A stretch of 64,000 nucleotides of DNA from an uncultured virus (IMG/VR IMGVR_UViG_3300025280_000029) (Duplodnaviria > Heunggongvirae > Uroviricota > Caudoviricetes). Each line of letters starts with the position of its first letter. Position 1 is the stretch's first letter. The stretch is from the IMG/VR virus record IMGVR_UViG_3300025280_000029; one strand, given 5' to 3'. A program made the position numbers and the translations under genes. Shown in pieces: positions 48,104-57,409 of this stretch. The notes under the pieces were generated by a model that was not told where the DNA came from, did no database searches, and saw only the letters and a program-made list of their open reading frames with translations.

Positions 48104-51100
48104 ATGAAAACCCTGCTTGAAGACTGGCGCCGCTTTCAACAGGCCGCCCCAGAGAAAAAACAAAAAGTTTCTTTGCGAGAAAGCAAAGAGATATTAAATG
48201 AGATTTCTCGCCAAGCCGCAGATAAAATCTACGACTGGATGGCCGACGCCGGCGCCGAAGATTATTCTTTTAACGATCTTTTTGATGGCCGCATGCGTTT
48301 GGCCTTTCCGCTCCGCTCCCAGGATGAAGAAAATTTAAAAACAATTGTTTTCTCCCTTCGTCAAGATGGGTGGTCACTCCAGGGCTTTCCGTTTAGTGTA
48401 TCCACGGTGAAACAAAAAAAGAAGCGCCTAGGTACCGGAGAAACTTACGAGGTTGAGGAGCAAGTTGCTAAATTAAACATATACAGGTCCCTGGAGCGTA
48501 TAATACCTAAGGGCCCCCGCGCCGGCGAAAAGACTGTTAAAAAAGAAGAGACAACAATGTCTCGCGCAATTAATAAATCAAAGGATATCCCACCAGACTT
48601 GAAAAAGTGGTGGCAGAACAAACAAACATTCTATACTAAAGAGGGCAACCACAAAAAGATAGAAATATACTTCCGCGCCGATCTTACCCCGTCTGACTTC
48701 GCTAGCGATATGACTGTTATTATGTCCAGGCATCCTATCGATGTGTTAAGGATGAGCGATATCGGCTCCATCTCCTCTTGTCATGCGGAAGGAAATAGCC
48801 ACTTCAAGTGTGCAGTAGCTGAAGCCAAAGGTCACGGCCCAATTGCCTACTTGGTGCCAACTAAAGAACTCAAAAGCCTCCTAAGTGGCACAAAAGATGC
48901 CGGCGGTCAGGCATATCTAGGCGACTATCAGCGACCAGAACTAGAGAGTCTGGAGCCAGAAGCTAAGAAATACATTGAAGATTACATTAACGCAAACATC
49001 AACTACAAAGAAGATAGCGTTTTACATCAACTCTTCGTGAATAACAATAAAGAACAAATAGAGCAAATGACAGCCCAGCTAGCCCCGAACATGCGCCGCA
49101 CCGACGCCTGGAGAAGCGCCAGAGACAGAGGGGAAACTTGGGCTGATGACATTACTGTTGCAGCCCTGGAAGACGCCTTGGCCACTAAGGTCAAGGGCGA
49201 AGAGTGGGAGCCAAACATTGTTGTACCTGACGACACAGACTTGAGCAAGTTGGCTGAGTTTGATGACAAAGAAATCTTCAGAGATCGGCAGCGATCTGTC
49301 TCCGGTATTTCTGCTAGTACCAGACTGAGACTGAGAAAGTTTATGAATGACGATGGAGAGGACAACTTTTTCTTTGCTGTGCCGGAGCAAAGAATGTATG
49401 GTGTTAAGACTCCAGGCTTCGTTAATGCGATAATCAAGTGGGCTTTCGACAATCAAGAACAATTGTTTGAAAAGGATGGTGAGAGATTGGTCCTCCCGGC
49501 ATTTGAAGACTTGCATCGATTCGGAGCTTCTTACGAGGACAACAAAGACGGCTCTATCTTAAATTCTTTCTTTAAGGTCGGCGCCGGCGCTGAGCCACAA
49601 TACGACGCATATAGGAATACCCACAGCGAGTATGATGAAGAAGATGAGCACGCCAATCTGGCCGACCAGTACGAGAATCAGGTCGAGGAGATACTAAATT
49701 TTGCCGGCAACACCCTCTCACATGCTAGCGTATACGCAGAGGTGCATTATGACGATCCCGATGCGCCGCCCTATGTTTACGGGTCAGCTAGTTTTTCTCT
49801 GGAGTTTGACGAGAACCTGTTTGGATCCGACGCCGGCGCCGAGTTTGAGATACCAGATCAATCCTGGCAAGCCAAGAGCCGCTTTTTTGACGAGTTCGAA
49901 TCTCACGCGCGCGATAAGCACAACTTGTATCTTTATTGGGAAGACGGAGAAATTAACAGCTACGGGACAACAGTTTCTTTTGAATTTAGAATACCATGGG
50001 AAGATTATGAATCCACCCCTGAGGGTTTAAGTGGCTTTGTTGATCACATAAGTTCTGAATTCGATAATGAGTATGAGTCAATCAAATCCGTTATGCGCTC
50101 TTTCTTGGTAGAAGAGGGTTATATGCTCCCGTTCCCCTTTGATATTTTTAAGAAAGAACTAGAACCTGAGGACAACGACGACGCTCCGGAATACACACAC
50201 TGGGATTATGATGTTGAGCCCGGCGAGATTGAATTTAAACTGAAGTCTCCCGATCAGAGGTTTAGAACAAGCAAGTTCAAAGGCATCCAACTAGGAACTC
50301 TAGTGAACATCGGATCTACTTCTGGCCAGCAAAATCTGCAAGGGCTTCTGCCTGATATAAGAAGCTTACAATATTCTGAAAAGTTTAACTTAAGCCTGTT
50401 TAAGAAATTGAGAACCCTAGAGTCCGCTGCCCGAGAGCATGCCCAGCGACAGTTGACACTCCCGGGCATTGAGCCAGAAATTGTTAAAGAACTTAATTTT
50501 CCGAACTTGATGAAGCTCAGAATTGATCAACGTGCCACCGACGCTGCTTCAAGGAAACTTAACATATTCCTCAACCCAGTTATAACAATTGAATCGGACA
50601 TCGACGCCGACGATCTGAAAGCCGTGAAGGGGTTTGTTGACTTTTTAGATAAAGACGAGAACATGAAAGCCTTTATCCACGCCGCCCGTCAAGTTTACGA
50701 TGAATTCTTTCAAACCTACCAAGCAAAACTGAACGTTCAGCTTGATGTTGAGGCCTCCATAGGCGCCCTTAAAGATGGGTTACACGAGGTGGCTATAGAC
50801 GAAATAGTTGTATTCGGAAATCAATTCCTGCGCCCCGATACTACGCAGGAAGCCGATCTCCTTCGCGATCTTGCGCGACAGTATATCGGCATGATAGACG
50901 GGGTTAGTGCATATGCTACGGCATATACAAAAACGTTTGAGCGCATAAAGAAAGTACAAACCGAGTATCCGAAACTTAAATTACTAGATTTAAGCCTCAA
51001 TGAGCTTCAAAGTATAGTAGTGCCATGGGAAGATTCCGGACGACCCTCTGACGAGATCCTTGCGCGATTGGGGAAACTCTCTTCGTGGGCAGACCCGCCT

Positions 51101-51376
51101 CCGAGCGAGTGGCGAGCCTTCGAAGGGCGCCCCGTAACAGAGTCCGAAAAGCTCTTTATGGAACTCAATGATGTTTTAACGTTTTTGAGAGTTCTGGAAA
51201 AACATCTTTCTGTCTATCTAGCCGCGGCCCTTCACGATCCGCGCGCGTACTATAATATAAATCTGATGGATGATGTTCCGCAAAGTATCTCCGATCAACT
51301 TAAAAAGATTATCTCTGTTATATCTGAATCTAACATAAAAAAGAAATCAAGAATTGCTGTACGCATCAAAAGATAA
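48104..51376 (+). CDS. Large late protein (paralogue of 57406-59706), putative virion-internal
   Basis: MKTLLEDWRRF leader; RHPIDVLRM.D...SCH...CAVAEA.GHG domain. Confidence 0.8.
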   Translation: MKTLLEDWRRFQQAAPEKKQKVSLRESKEILNEISRQAADKIYDWMADAGAEDYSFNDLFDGRMRLAFPLRSQDEENLKTIVFSLRQDGWSLQGFPFSVSTVKQKKKRLGTGETYEVEEQVAKLNIYRSLERIIPKGPRAGEKTVKKEETTMSRAINKSKDIPPDLKKWWQNKQTFYTKEGNHKKIEIYFRADLTPSDFASDMTVIMSRHPIDVLRMSDIGSISSCHAEGNSHFKCAVAEAKGHGPIAYLVPTKELKSLLSGTKDAGGQAYLGDYQRPELESLEPEAKKYIEDYINANINYKEDSVLHQLFVNNNKEQIEQMTAQLAPNMRRTDAWRSARDRGETWADDITVAALEDALATKVKGEEWEPNIVVPDDTDLSKLAEFDDKEIFRDRQRSVSGISASTRLRLRKFMNDDGEDNFFFAVPEQRMYGVKTPGFVNAIIKWAFDNQEQLFEKDGERLVLPAFEDLHRFGASYEDNKDGSILNSFFKVGAGAEPQYDAYRNTHSEYDEEDEHANLADQYENQVEEILNFAGNTLSHASVYAEVHYDDPDAPPYVYGSASFSLEFDENLFGSDAGAEFEIPDQSWQAKSRFFDEFESHARDKHNLYLYWEDGEINSYGTTVSFEFRIPWEDYESTPEGLSGFVDHISSEFDNEYESIKSVMRSFLVEEGYMLPFPFDIFKKELEPEDNDDAPEYTHWDYDVEPGEIEFKLKSPDQRFRTSKFKGIQLGTLVNIGSTSGQQNLQGLLPDIRSLQYSEKFNLSLFKKLRTLESAAREHAQRQLTLPGIEPEIVKELNFPNLMKLRIDQRATDAASRKLNIFLNPVITIESDIDADDLKAVKGFVDFLDKDENMKAFIHAARQVYDEFFQTYQAKLNVQLDVEASIGALKDGLHEVAIDEIVVFGNQFLRPDTTQEADLLRDLARQYIGMIDGVSAYATAYTKTFERIKKVQTEYPKLKLLDLSLNELQSIVVPWEDSGRPSDEILARLGKLSSWADPPPSEWRAFEGRPVTESEKLFMELNDVLTFLRVLEKHLSVYLAAALHDPRAYYNINLMDDVPQSISDQLKKIISVISESNIKKKSRIAVRIKR

Positions 51377-51434
51377 CAGACCCTCCAAATAAATTAAAAA
51401 AATATTCAAAAAATGCCGATAAAGGGATTTTAGA

Positions 51435-51501
51435 CCATAGTTACTATGGGTGCGAAAAAGGCACCCCGACCGCGAAAGGTCAGAAAGGTCATAAACATGA
51501 C
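51435..51501 (+). ncRNA. Candidate structured leader RNA (three tandem hairpins)
   Basis: GGGTGC/GCACCC, GACC/GGTC and GTCAT/ATGAC stems after the CCATAG/CTATGG palindrome. Confidence 0.35.
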
Positions 51502-51567
51502 AGCAGGTAAGTACATTTTGTAGCTTTATTGACTCAACGCGTCGAAAAGAATCTGGAGGTTCTAATC

Positions 51568-52494
51568 GTGCATAAAAATCTTATAAGTTTTGCATCAACT
51601 TTGATGGGTGCATTTGTTTTACTTATGGGGTTATCGTGCACATCGCAAGCCCCAACAGACACGCAGGCCAATTCAGGCCAATACTTTGATCCCAGTTCCG
51701 TTGCCGAAGAGGCCGTTACTCAGGCCGATCAAATGTCAGAAATACTGGAGCGCGCAAGCTTAAGTCCCATAGAGAGGGCCGTAAGAAGCGCCGCAGTTAA
51801 GGTTGTCCGCCCGGGCGGTCAAGGTCATGGCTCTGGCTCATATTTAAAATACAAAGGCCGTCATATCGTTGTGACGGCTGCTCACGTTGTGGAAGGCTTT
51901 AGGCACATGGTTGTCTCCGGCCGCAACGGAGAGAATGTTATAGGCAGAGTAATCTATGAAGACGAAAGAACCGATCTTGCCGTACTGTCGGTACCGAAGA
52001 TCAACAGCCGAGTTCCCATGCCATATCGTGTACGCGGATCCCTAGCTAATAAGAACTTAGTTGGCGCCGGCGTAACTTATACGGGCTTCCCGGGCCGCCA
52101 TGACCTTCTAACGATCATGGGCCGAGTCGCCTCTTTGGAAAAGGGCTATATTGTTGTTAACATGTACGGGTGGTTTGGCTCCTCTGGTTCGGGAGTTTAC
52201 GATAACCAGGGCCGACTCTTGGGTATTGTGTCTGCCATTGACATAGGTAGCTGGTCTATTCCAATACCTCTAGATAGTTTAGTTTGGGTTGCCCCAATCT
52301 GGTCTTTGGATCAGGAAATATTAGACATAAGAATGCAGCTGCAGATCAAAGAAGAAGAAGCTCAGAAAGAGCACAAGCTTCCAGACAGCCCATTGACAAA
52401 AGACCCAGCCCCCGACCAGGGCGCTGGAGACCAAACGGAGGAAGATAATGGCGATCTTCCACCACCGATAAGGGCTTTCCCTGGCGGAGAATAA
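51568..52494 (+). CDS. Trypsin-like serine protease, predicted lipoprotein
   Basis: Signal peptide ending GLSC; GSG, VTAAHVV, DLAVL and GSSGSG triad motifs; GGAGG RBS before GTG. Confidence 0.85.
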   Translation: MHKNLISFASTLMGAFVLLMGLSCTSQAPTDTQANSGQYFDPSSVAEEAVTQADQMSEILERASLSPIERAVRSAAVKVVRPGGQGHGSGSYLKYKGRHIVVTAAHVVEGFRHMVVSGRNGENVIGRVIYEDERTDLAVLSVPKINSRVPMPYRVRGSLANKNLVGAGVTYTGFPGRHDLLTIMGRVASLEKGYIVVNMYGWFGSSGSGVYDNQGRLLGIVSAIDIGSWSIPIPLDSLVWVAPIWSLDQEILDIRMQLQIKEEEAQKEHKLPDSPLTKDPAPDQGAGDQTEEDNGDLPPPIRAFPGGE

Positions 52495-52495
52495 A

Positions 52496-53500
52496 ATGAA
52501 ACGTATATTCTCCCTAGTATTAATATTATTAACCATAGGCTGCGAGGGAGATTATACAATCCATGGCGGCTACCAAGATCCGGTCTACATCGAGGTTGAA
52601 GTGCCAGTCGAAGTACCAATCGAAGTTCCCGGCGACGGCGGCGATGTCTGGATCGACAGCTTTGATCAACCCTACACGATGGACGGGATTGATATTGTCT
52701 GGCTGATTGACAAGTCAGGCTCCATGCACCAGCACTCTCAGTCGGTAGTCGACGGCATTGAACAAATGATGCTTTCCCTTCCGCCGTCCGGTTGGAGATT
52801 GGGAATCACAACTACAGCATGGCAGGACTCCGGTACTACAGCACAATTCCCGTTGGTCCCGGGAGATAGTGTTCAGGATGCTTGGGATGCTTATAACAAC
52901 ACAGGCACCTATGGTTTAGAAGCAGGCTTCGACGCCCTCTATGCCTACTTGGTGGAGAATTCATATAATCAATCGTGGTTACGGCCAAACGCAGGACTCC
53001 TTGTTGTTTTTGTAAGCGATGAGGAGGAACAGAGCAGCCGCGATTTTACTTTTTCACCCGGCGGCCTACAAGATTTTATAAACTGGTACGGTAGCCAGCG
53101 ACCTTCTGTATTCTTGGCTAGCATTGTAAACCTACCAGCCGCAGACTCGCTTTGTAACACGGGACATCACTCCACATACATCAGCCAGCGTTACATCGAT
53201 GCAACTAATGCATTCGGAGGCGTCGTTGTGGATATTTGTTCGACAGATTGGGCCCCCGGAGTTCAGGCCGCGACATCTCAGGTTGAGCCCCATGAAGAAT
53301 GGGAGTTAACTTTTACCCCCATCGAAGACACTTTGATAGTTTTTGTAAACTCTTCAGAATCCAGCAATCTTGATTGGGTTTATAACCCTCTCACCAACAG
53401 CGTAGAGTTCCTTCTTGTCCCCCCTGAAGGTTCGCACGTGGAGATTGGTTACGTTATAGATTATTCACTAGGCGACGATGACGATTCTGCAGTTAATTAA
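52496..53500 (+). CDS. vWA-domain lipoprotein
   Basis: Lipobox TIGC; MIDAS DKSGS; VVFVSDEEEQS; C-terminal GDDDDSA. Confidence 0.8.
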   Translation: MKRIFSLVLILLTIGCEGDYTIHGGYQDPVYIEVEVPVEVPIEVPGDGGDVWIDSFDQPYTMDGIDIVWLIDKSGSMHQHSQSVVDGIEQMMLSLPPSGWRLGITTTAWQDSGTTAQFPLVPGDSVQDAWDAYNNTGTYGLEAGFDALYAYLVENSYNQSWLRPNAGLLVVFVSDEEEQSSRDFTFSPGGLQDFINWYGSQRPSVFLASIVNLPAADSLCNTGHHSTYISQRYIDATNAFGGVVVDICSTDWAPGVQAATSQVEPHEEWELTFTPIEDTLIVFVNSSESSNLDWVYNPLTNSVEFLLVPPEGSHVEIGYVIDYSLGDDDDSAVN

Positions 53501-53509
53501 CTATTTAAT
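53500..53509 (+). promoter_or_regulatory. Putative late promoter box (ACTATTTAAT)
   Basis: Exact match to the boxes at 6125 and 11501. Confidence 0.65.
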
Positions 53510-53535
53510 ACAGTTAAACTAAAGAAAGGTTACAG

Positions 53536-53721
53536 ATGAAGAAAAAGAATATTTCTACAGTGGCCTGCAATACAGATGAGCATGAGAATATATTACCCAT
53601 TTCTCTGGAAAAACAAAAGGCTTTGCTCGATTTAATAAATCGAAGAAAGTCTGGTATTATCTCTAGAGAAGAACTTAAGGACTTATTGTTCCCTGATCAG
53701 CAGTCGACACTGTTCCACTAA
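53536..53721 (+). CDS. Hypothetical protein
   Basis: 61-aa ORF with RBS, behind a late box. Confidence 0.55.
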   Translation: MKKKNISTVACNTDEHENILPISLEKQKALLDLINRRKSGIISREELKDLLFPDQQSTLFH

Positions 53722-53741
53722 AACATTAGGAAGAAGAAAAA

Positions 53742-53978
53742 ATGAAAAAATTACTCCTGCGCGCCTTGGGCCTCGACAAGTTAGAGCAGAAAATTATTAG
53801 ACTAGAATCTGAGGTAGAGAGATTGTGGGCCATTAATAGAGAGAACGAAGAATTATTAGATTACATTGATCAGGTTCGCAGCCTTGAGAGTCTAATGATG
53901 GGTGATCTTCCGGAAGGATCGTTTGATGAGCTAGCAGCTTTGATTGCCCAGACTTCGGAGCCGATTGGCAATGCCTGA
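53742..53978 (+). CDS. Hypothetical coiled-coil protein
   Basis: 78-aa ORF; TGATG coupling to the next gene. Confidence 0.65.
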   Translation: MKKLLLRALGLDKLEQKIIRLESEVERLWAINRENEELLDYIDQVRSLESLMMGDLPEGSFDELAALIAQTSEPIGNA

Positions 53979-54706
53979 TGGAGAAAATATATCTTTTCGA
54001 CGTTGATGGGACTTTAACCGAGCCTCGTCAAAAAATCGACGAGGCCTTCGCCGAGATTTTTCTTAAGTGGGCCTCCGACAAGATTGTTTATCTTGTTACC
54101 GGAAGCGATCTGGGAAAGATAAAACAACAGGTCTTTGACGAACTTTTGAATGCATGCACTGGTGTATTTTGTTGTCTGGGGAACACTTTCTACAAAAACG
54201 ACAAGTTGGTTTTCAAGAAAGGTTTTCGGCCGAAGCTTGAACTGACGGAGGACTTGGAAGCATATGTAGAGGCCTCCTCATATCCTGTTAAGACCGGTAA
54301 ACATATTGAAAAAAGAACAGGGATGATAAACTTTAGCGTCGTCGGCCGAAACGCGACGAAAGAGCAGAGAGAGGATTATTACGCCTGGGATCAGAAAAAC
54401 CACGAAAGAGCAGACATTGTTGATTATATTACAAAAGCTTGGCCCAAGTTAGATGTGGCTGTAGGTGGGATGATAAGTGTAGATATTTTTGCCAAAGGGA
54501 GGGATAAGTCTCAAGTCTTAAAGCATCTGAAAAAGGAACACGGCTCAGACTTGAGTATTGTTTTCACTGGTGATAGAATATACCCATCGGGTAATGATTA
54601 TGGTTTGGCTATGGCTCTGGAGAAAATGCCAAACTGCCAACACCTTTCTGTTTTAGGATATGAAGAAACCCGGGCACTAATTGAGTATTCCGAACTATTT
54701 AGATAG
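53978..54706 (+). CDS. Eukaryote-type (HAD-IIB) phosphomannomutase
   Basis: LFDVDGTLT.PRQ, VTGSD, IEKRTGMINFSVVGR, GGMISVDIF.KG.DK and GDR.YPSGNDY. Confidence 0.85.
   Translation: MEKIYLFDVDGTLTEPRQKIDEAFAEIFLKWASDKIVYLVTGSDLGKIKQQVFDELLNACTGVFCCLGNTFYKNDKLVFKKGFRPKLELTEDLEAYVEASSYPVKTGKHIEKRTGMINFSVVGRNATKEQREDYYAWDQKNHERADIVDYITKAWPKLDVAVGGMISVDIFAKGRDKSQVLKHLKKEHGSDLSIVFTGDRIYPSGNDYGLAMALEKMPNCQHLSVLGYEETRALIEYSELFR
54694..54703 (+). promoter_or_regulatory. Putative late promoter box (ACTATTTAGA)
   Basis: ACTAnTTA at the PMM 3' end, 22 nt before ATG 54726. Confidence 0.55.
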
Positions 54707-54725
54707 ATACTAGAGGGACTTACCG

Positions 54726-55118
54726 ATGAAACATCTTATGGAAAATTGGAAGAAATACGCCTTATCGGAAAGAGATGGGGAATACTTCCAAAAGATTTTT
54801 AAAATAATTGTTAGAGTACACATAAGGAAATCCTCCGCGTCGGATGAAGAGACTATCCGAGGATTTGCAGACAAAGGACAGACTCAGCAAGACATTCGCG
54901 CGATTGCAGACGTACTAACCGTTGCATCCCGCCCCGGCGGGCAGAGGGAAACAGACGAAAAATATATATCAGATATGGAGATAAGGTACAGAGTTTCCAA
55001 GAAAGCTATAGATCCTAGAGTGGCCGCCATCCACTTAAAGGAAAAGATTAAGAACCTGCCCAGTGTTCTAGCAGTGGAGGGTGGCGAAACTCCGGTAGAC
55101 GTTTCAAGGAAAGCATGA
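54726..55118 (+). CDS. Hypothetical late protein with ENWKKY leader
   Basis: MKHLMENWKKYALSE. Confidence 0.75.
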   Translation: MKHLMENWKKYALSERDGEYFQKIFKIIVRVHIRKSSASDEETIRGFADKGQTQQDIRAIADVLTVASRPGGQRETDEKYISDMEIRYRVSKKAIDPRVAAIHLKEKIKNLPSVLAVEGGETPVDVSRKA

Positions 55119-55333
55119 TGAAAATTTCAATTGATAATCTGAGGGAAATTGTTCGCGAAGAGCTAGAGCTTCTAGAAATAGAGAAGATCCAGAAGGCTTG
55201 GCGCAGGAAGCATCCGAGAATGAAGGATCGCATACTTAACCGCGGCCCAAACAAAGAAGATGGCGGTGGCGAAGGTATTAAGACCCACGCTAGTACGAAG
55301 AGGGGCAATGCCCCGCCGGGAGCAGGAAGATGA
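55115..55333 (+). CDS. Small late protein, acidic leader plus basic tail
   Basis: MKISIDNLREIVREELELLE followed by a basic segment. Confidence 0.65.
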   Translation: MMKISIDNLREIVREELELLEIEKIQKAWRRKHPRMKDRILNRGPNKEDGGGEGIKTHASTKRGNAPPGAGR

Positions 55334-56094
55334 TAAGTATAAAGATCGTCGGAGACGATAGCGGTATTCTCTCTTCTTTTGAAACGAGAGCGGAACTGAA
55401 TCAAGATGTTTGGGAGGGGAAAGCCCTTCGCCCTGAGGTATCCGAGAGGTTGGTTGAAATTGCTGAAGACTTTCTAGAAAGCCTAGGCATGGGTGTTTCC
55501 AATTGGACCTTGACTATTACTGGTTCTTTGGCAAATTATAATTGGTCTAAGTACTCCGACATTGACTTACACATCATTCTCCCCTTCGAAGATATTGACG
55601 AGAATGAAGAATTATTGAGAGAATTTTTTAATGCAAAGCAGGCCGTGTGGAATTCAAAGCACGACATTCTCGTAAAGGAACATCAAGTTGAGATATACGT
55701 GCAGAATGAATCGGAGCCTCACATTTCCACAGGCGTATATTCTATATCCGACAACAGCTGGTTGCTAGAGCCGGTAAGGGAATCATCTGACATAGACCGG
55801 CCCAGCGTAAGAATAAAGTCCGACACCCTGACCAAGCGAATAAGCCAGATAGAAAAAATGTTCAATGAGGGCAAAGATGAAGAAGTTTATTCTGAGGCTA
55901 TGATTCTCAAGGACAAGATAAAGAAGATGAGAAAATGTGGCTTAGACAAGGAGGGCATTTTCTCAGTCGAGAACATATCATTTAAGGTCTTAAGAAGAAA
56001 CGGTTCGATGGGTAGGCTTATTGGCTTAATCAATAGTTCGTATGATAATCTGATGAGCTTAGCGGAATCAGATGATCAAGATAAAGATAACTAA
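55330..56094 (+). CDS. Pol-beta-superfamily nucleotidyltransferase
   Basis: ITGSLANYNWSKYSDIDLHI (GS...DxD) and VEIYVQ third acidic strand. Confidence 0.8.
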   Translation: MISIKIVGDDSGILSSFETRAELNQDVWEGKALRPEVSERLVEIAEDFLESLGMGVSNWTLTITGSLANYNWSKYSDIDLHIILPFEDIDENEELLREFFNAKQAVWNSKHDILVKEHQVEIYVQNESEPHISTGVYSISDNSWLLEPVRESSDIDRPSVRIKSDTLTKRISQIEKMFNEGKDEEVYSEAMILKDKIKKMRKCGLDKEGIFSVENISFKVLRRNGSMGRLIGLINSSYDNLMSLAESDDQDKDN

Positions 56095-56473
56095 CATGAA
56101 GATCAATGGCACAGCCGTCATAATTATTGACGCTGACGACCGCGTACTGCTGCTTCGCAGGGAGCCGACAAGCACATGGATGCCCGACAAGTGGGCCTTC
56201 CCGGGCGGGAAGATAGAGCCCGGCGAATCACCACCTGCCGCGGCCACTAGAGAGACAAAAGAAGAGACAGATCTAGATATAAGAACTTTGCAGGAATTGC
56301 AACCAAGCTATCAAGTACCAGTGTTTCTTTCCGAGGACTGGTCTGGTAAGGTGAAAATAAATGGAGAACATACTGATTTCTCCTGGGTTCACTTAAAGGA
56401 TGTTGCGAAATATGATACAGTACCACATATAGAAGCCCTTATTAGGAGAGCCTTAGATGTCAGAAAAAAGTGA
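56072..56473 (+). CDS. Nudix hydrolase
   Basis: Nudix box GGKIEPGESPPAAATRETKEETDL. Confidence 0.92.
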   Translation: MIKIKITNMKINGTAVIIIDADDRVLLLRREPTSTWMPDKWAFPGGKIEPGESPPAAATRETKEETDLDIRTLQELQPSYQVPVFLSEDWSGKVKINGEHTDFSWVHLKDVAKYDTVPHIEALIRRALDVRKK

Positions 56474-56831
56474 AATTGAAGAACTGAGTGAGGAGAGCCT
56501 TGCGAGCGAGTCTGCAGACTCTATCGAAGAGGTTGAAAAGCTCAAACCGAAGCCGCCACCGAGACTCGCCCCGGAGGGTATAAGAACATTTACTGTTTGT
56601 CGGCAGTTTGATGAGACTGGCGTCTCCGGCGAAGGAGTCGTAATTGAAGGTGTAACTCTGGCCACAGGGCAGTGTGTTGTACATTGGCTCTTTCCTCCCC
56701 CGCGCGGCGGCATTGCTATATTTGACTCAATGAACGACTTTACTACAGTTCATATCAAACCACACCCCAGCAATAGGACCATCATCACATACGACGACGG
56801 GGAGCAACTGGTCTTTGGCACCGATGAATAG
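56457..56831 (+). CDS. Conserved phage hypothetical protein
   Basis: RQFDETGVSGEGVVIEGV...VVHW motif. Confidence 0.7.
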   Translation: MSEKSEIEELSEESLASESADSIEEVEKLKPKPPPRLAPEGIRTFTVCRQFDETGVSGEGVVIEGVTLATGQCVVHWLFPPPRGGIAIFDSMNDFTTVHIKPHPSNRTIITYDDGEQLVFGTDE

Positions 56832-57003
56832 GGCATCTACCGCGATATTCTTGTTACTGGCTGTCTTATGGATAACCTTATCGTATGCTTCATATCACGT
56901 TAACGGAGAGCTAGATCTTAAGTCGGCGCAGCTTCTAATGACTGGAATTCTCTGCCTAGGTATTGGAATCATTGTTGCGCTCCACAAGGACGAAGAAAGT
57001 TAA
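56824..57003 (+). CDS. Small two-TM membrane protein
   Basis: Two hydrophobic segments. Confidence 0.55.
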   Translation: MNRASTAIFLLLAVLWITLSYASYHVNGELDLKSAQLLMTGILCLGIGIIVALHKDEES

Positions 57004-57007
57004 AAGT

Positions 57008-57409
57008 ATGGAACTAATATCGACACATTTTGTAAAGACTCAGGATGTAGGCTACCACGGCAATTTATTTGGTGGCGTTATGCTAGCATGGTTGGACGAG
57101 GCAGCAGCAGGATTTGCAGCCCAGGTCTGTGACACTCCGCAAGTGGTCACTAGGCACATCGCTGGATTAACTTTTGAGAAGCCAGTTCGTCCCGGCCAAC
57201 TAATTAAGATATATGGAGAAGTTGAGAGGATTGGTAAAACTTCAATAACTTTAAATATTGAAGCTCGCCGTCACAGTGTTTACAACGGAACACAGAAAAC
57301 AGTGGTGGCAACAGAGATGATCTTTGTTCGCATCGACGGCGATGGAGAGTCAATACCAATAAGCGAGCGAGTTCGACAAAAATATAGATGTGATGGAGAT
57401 TTTTCATGA
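57008..57409 (+). CDS. Acyl-CoA thioesterase (hotdog fold, YciA-like)
   Basis: HGNLFGGVMLAWLDEAA, FEKPV..G and IGKTSI. Confidence 0.88.
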   Translation: MELISTHFVKTQDVGYHGNLFGGVMLAWLDEAAAGFAAQVCDTPQVVTRHIAGLTFEKPVRPGQLIKIYGEVERIGKTSITLNIEARRHSVYNGTQKTVVATEMIFVRIDGDGESIPISERVRQKYRCDGDFS

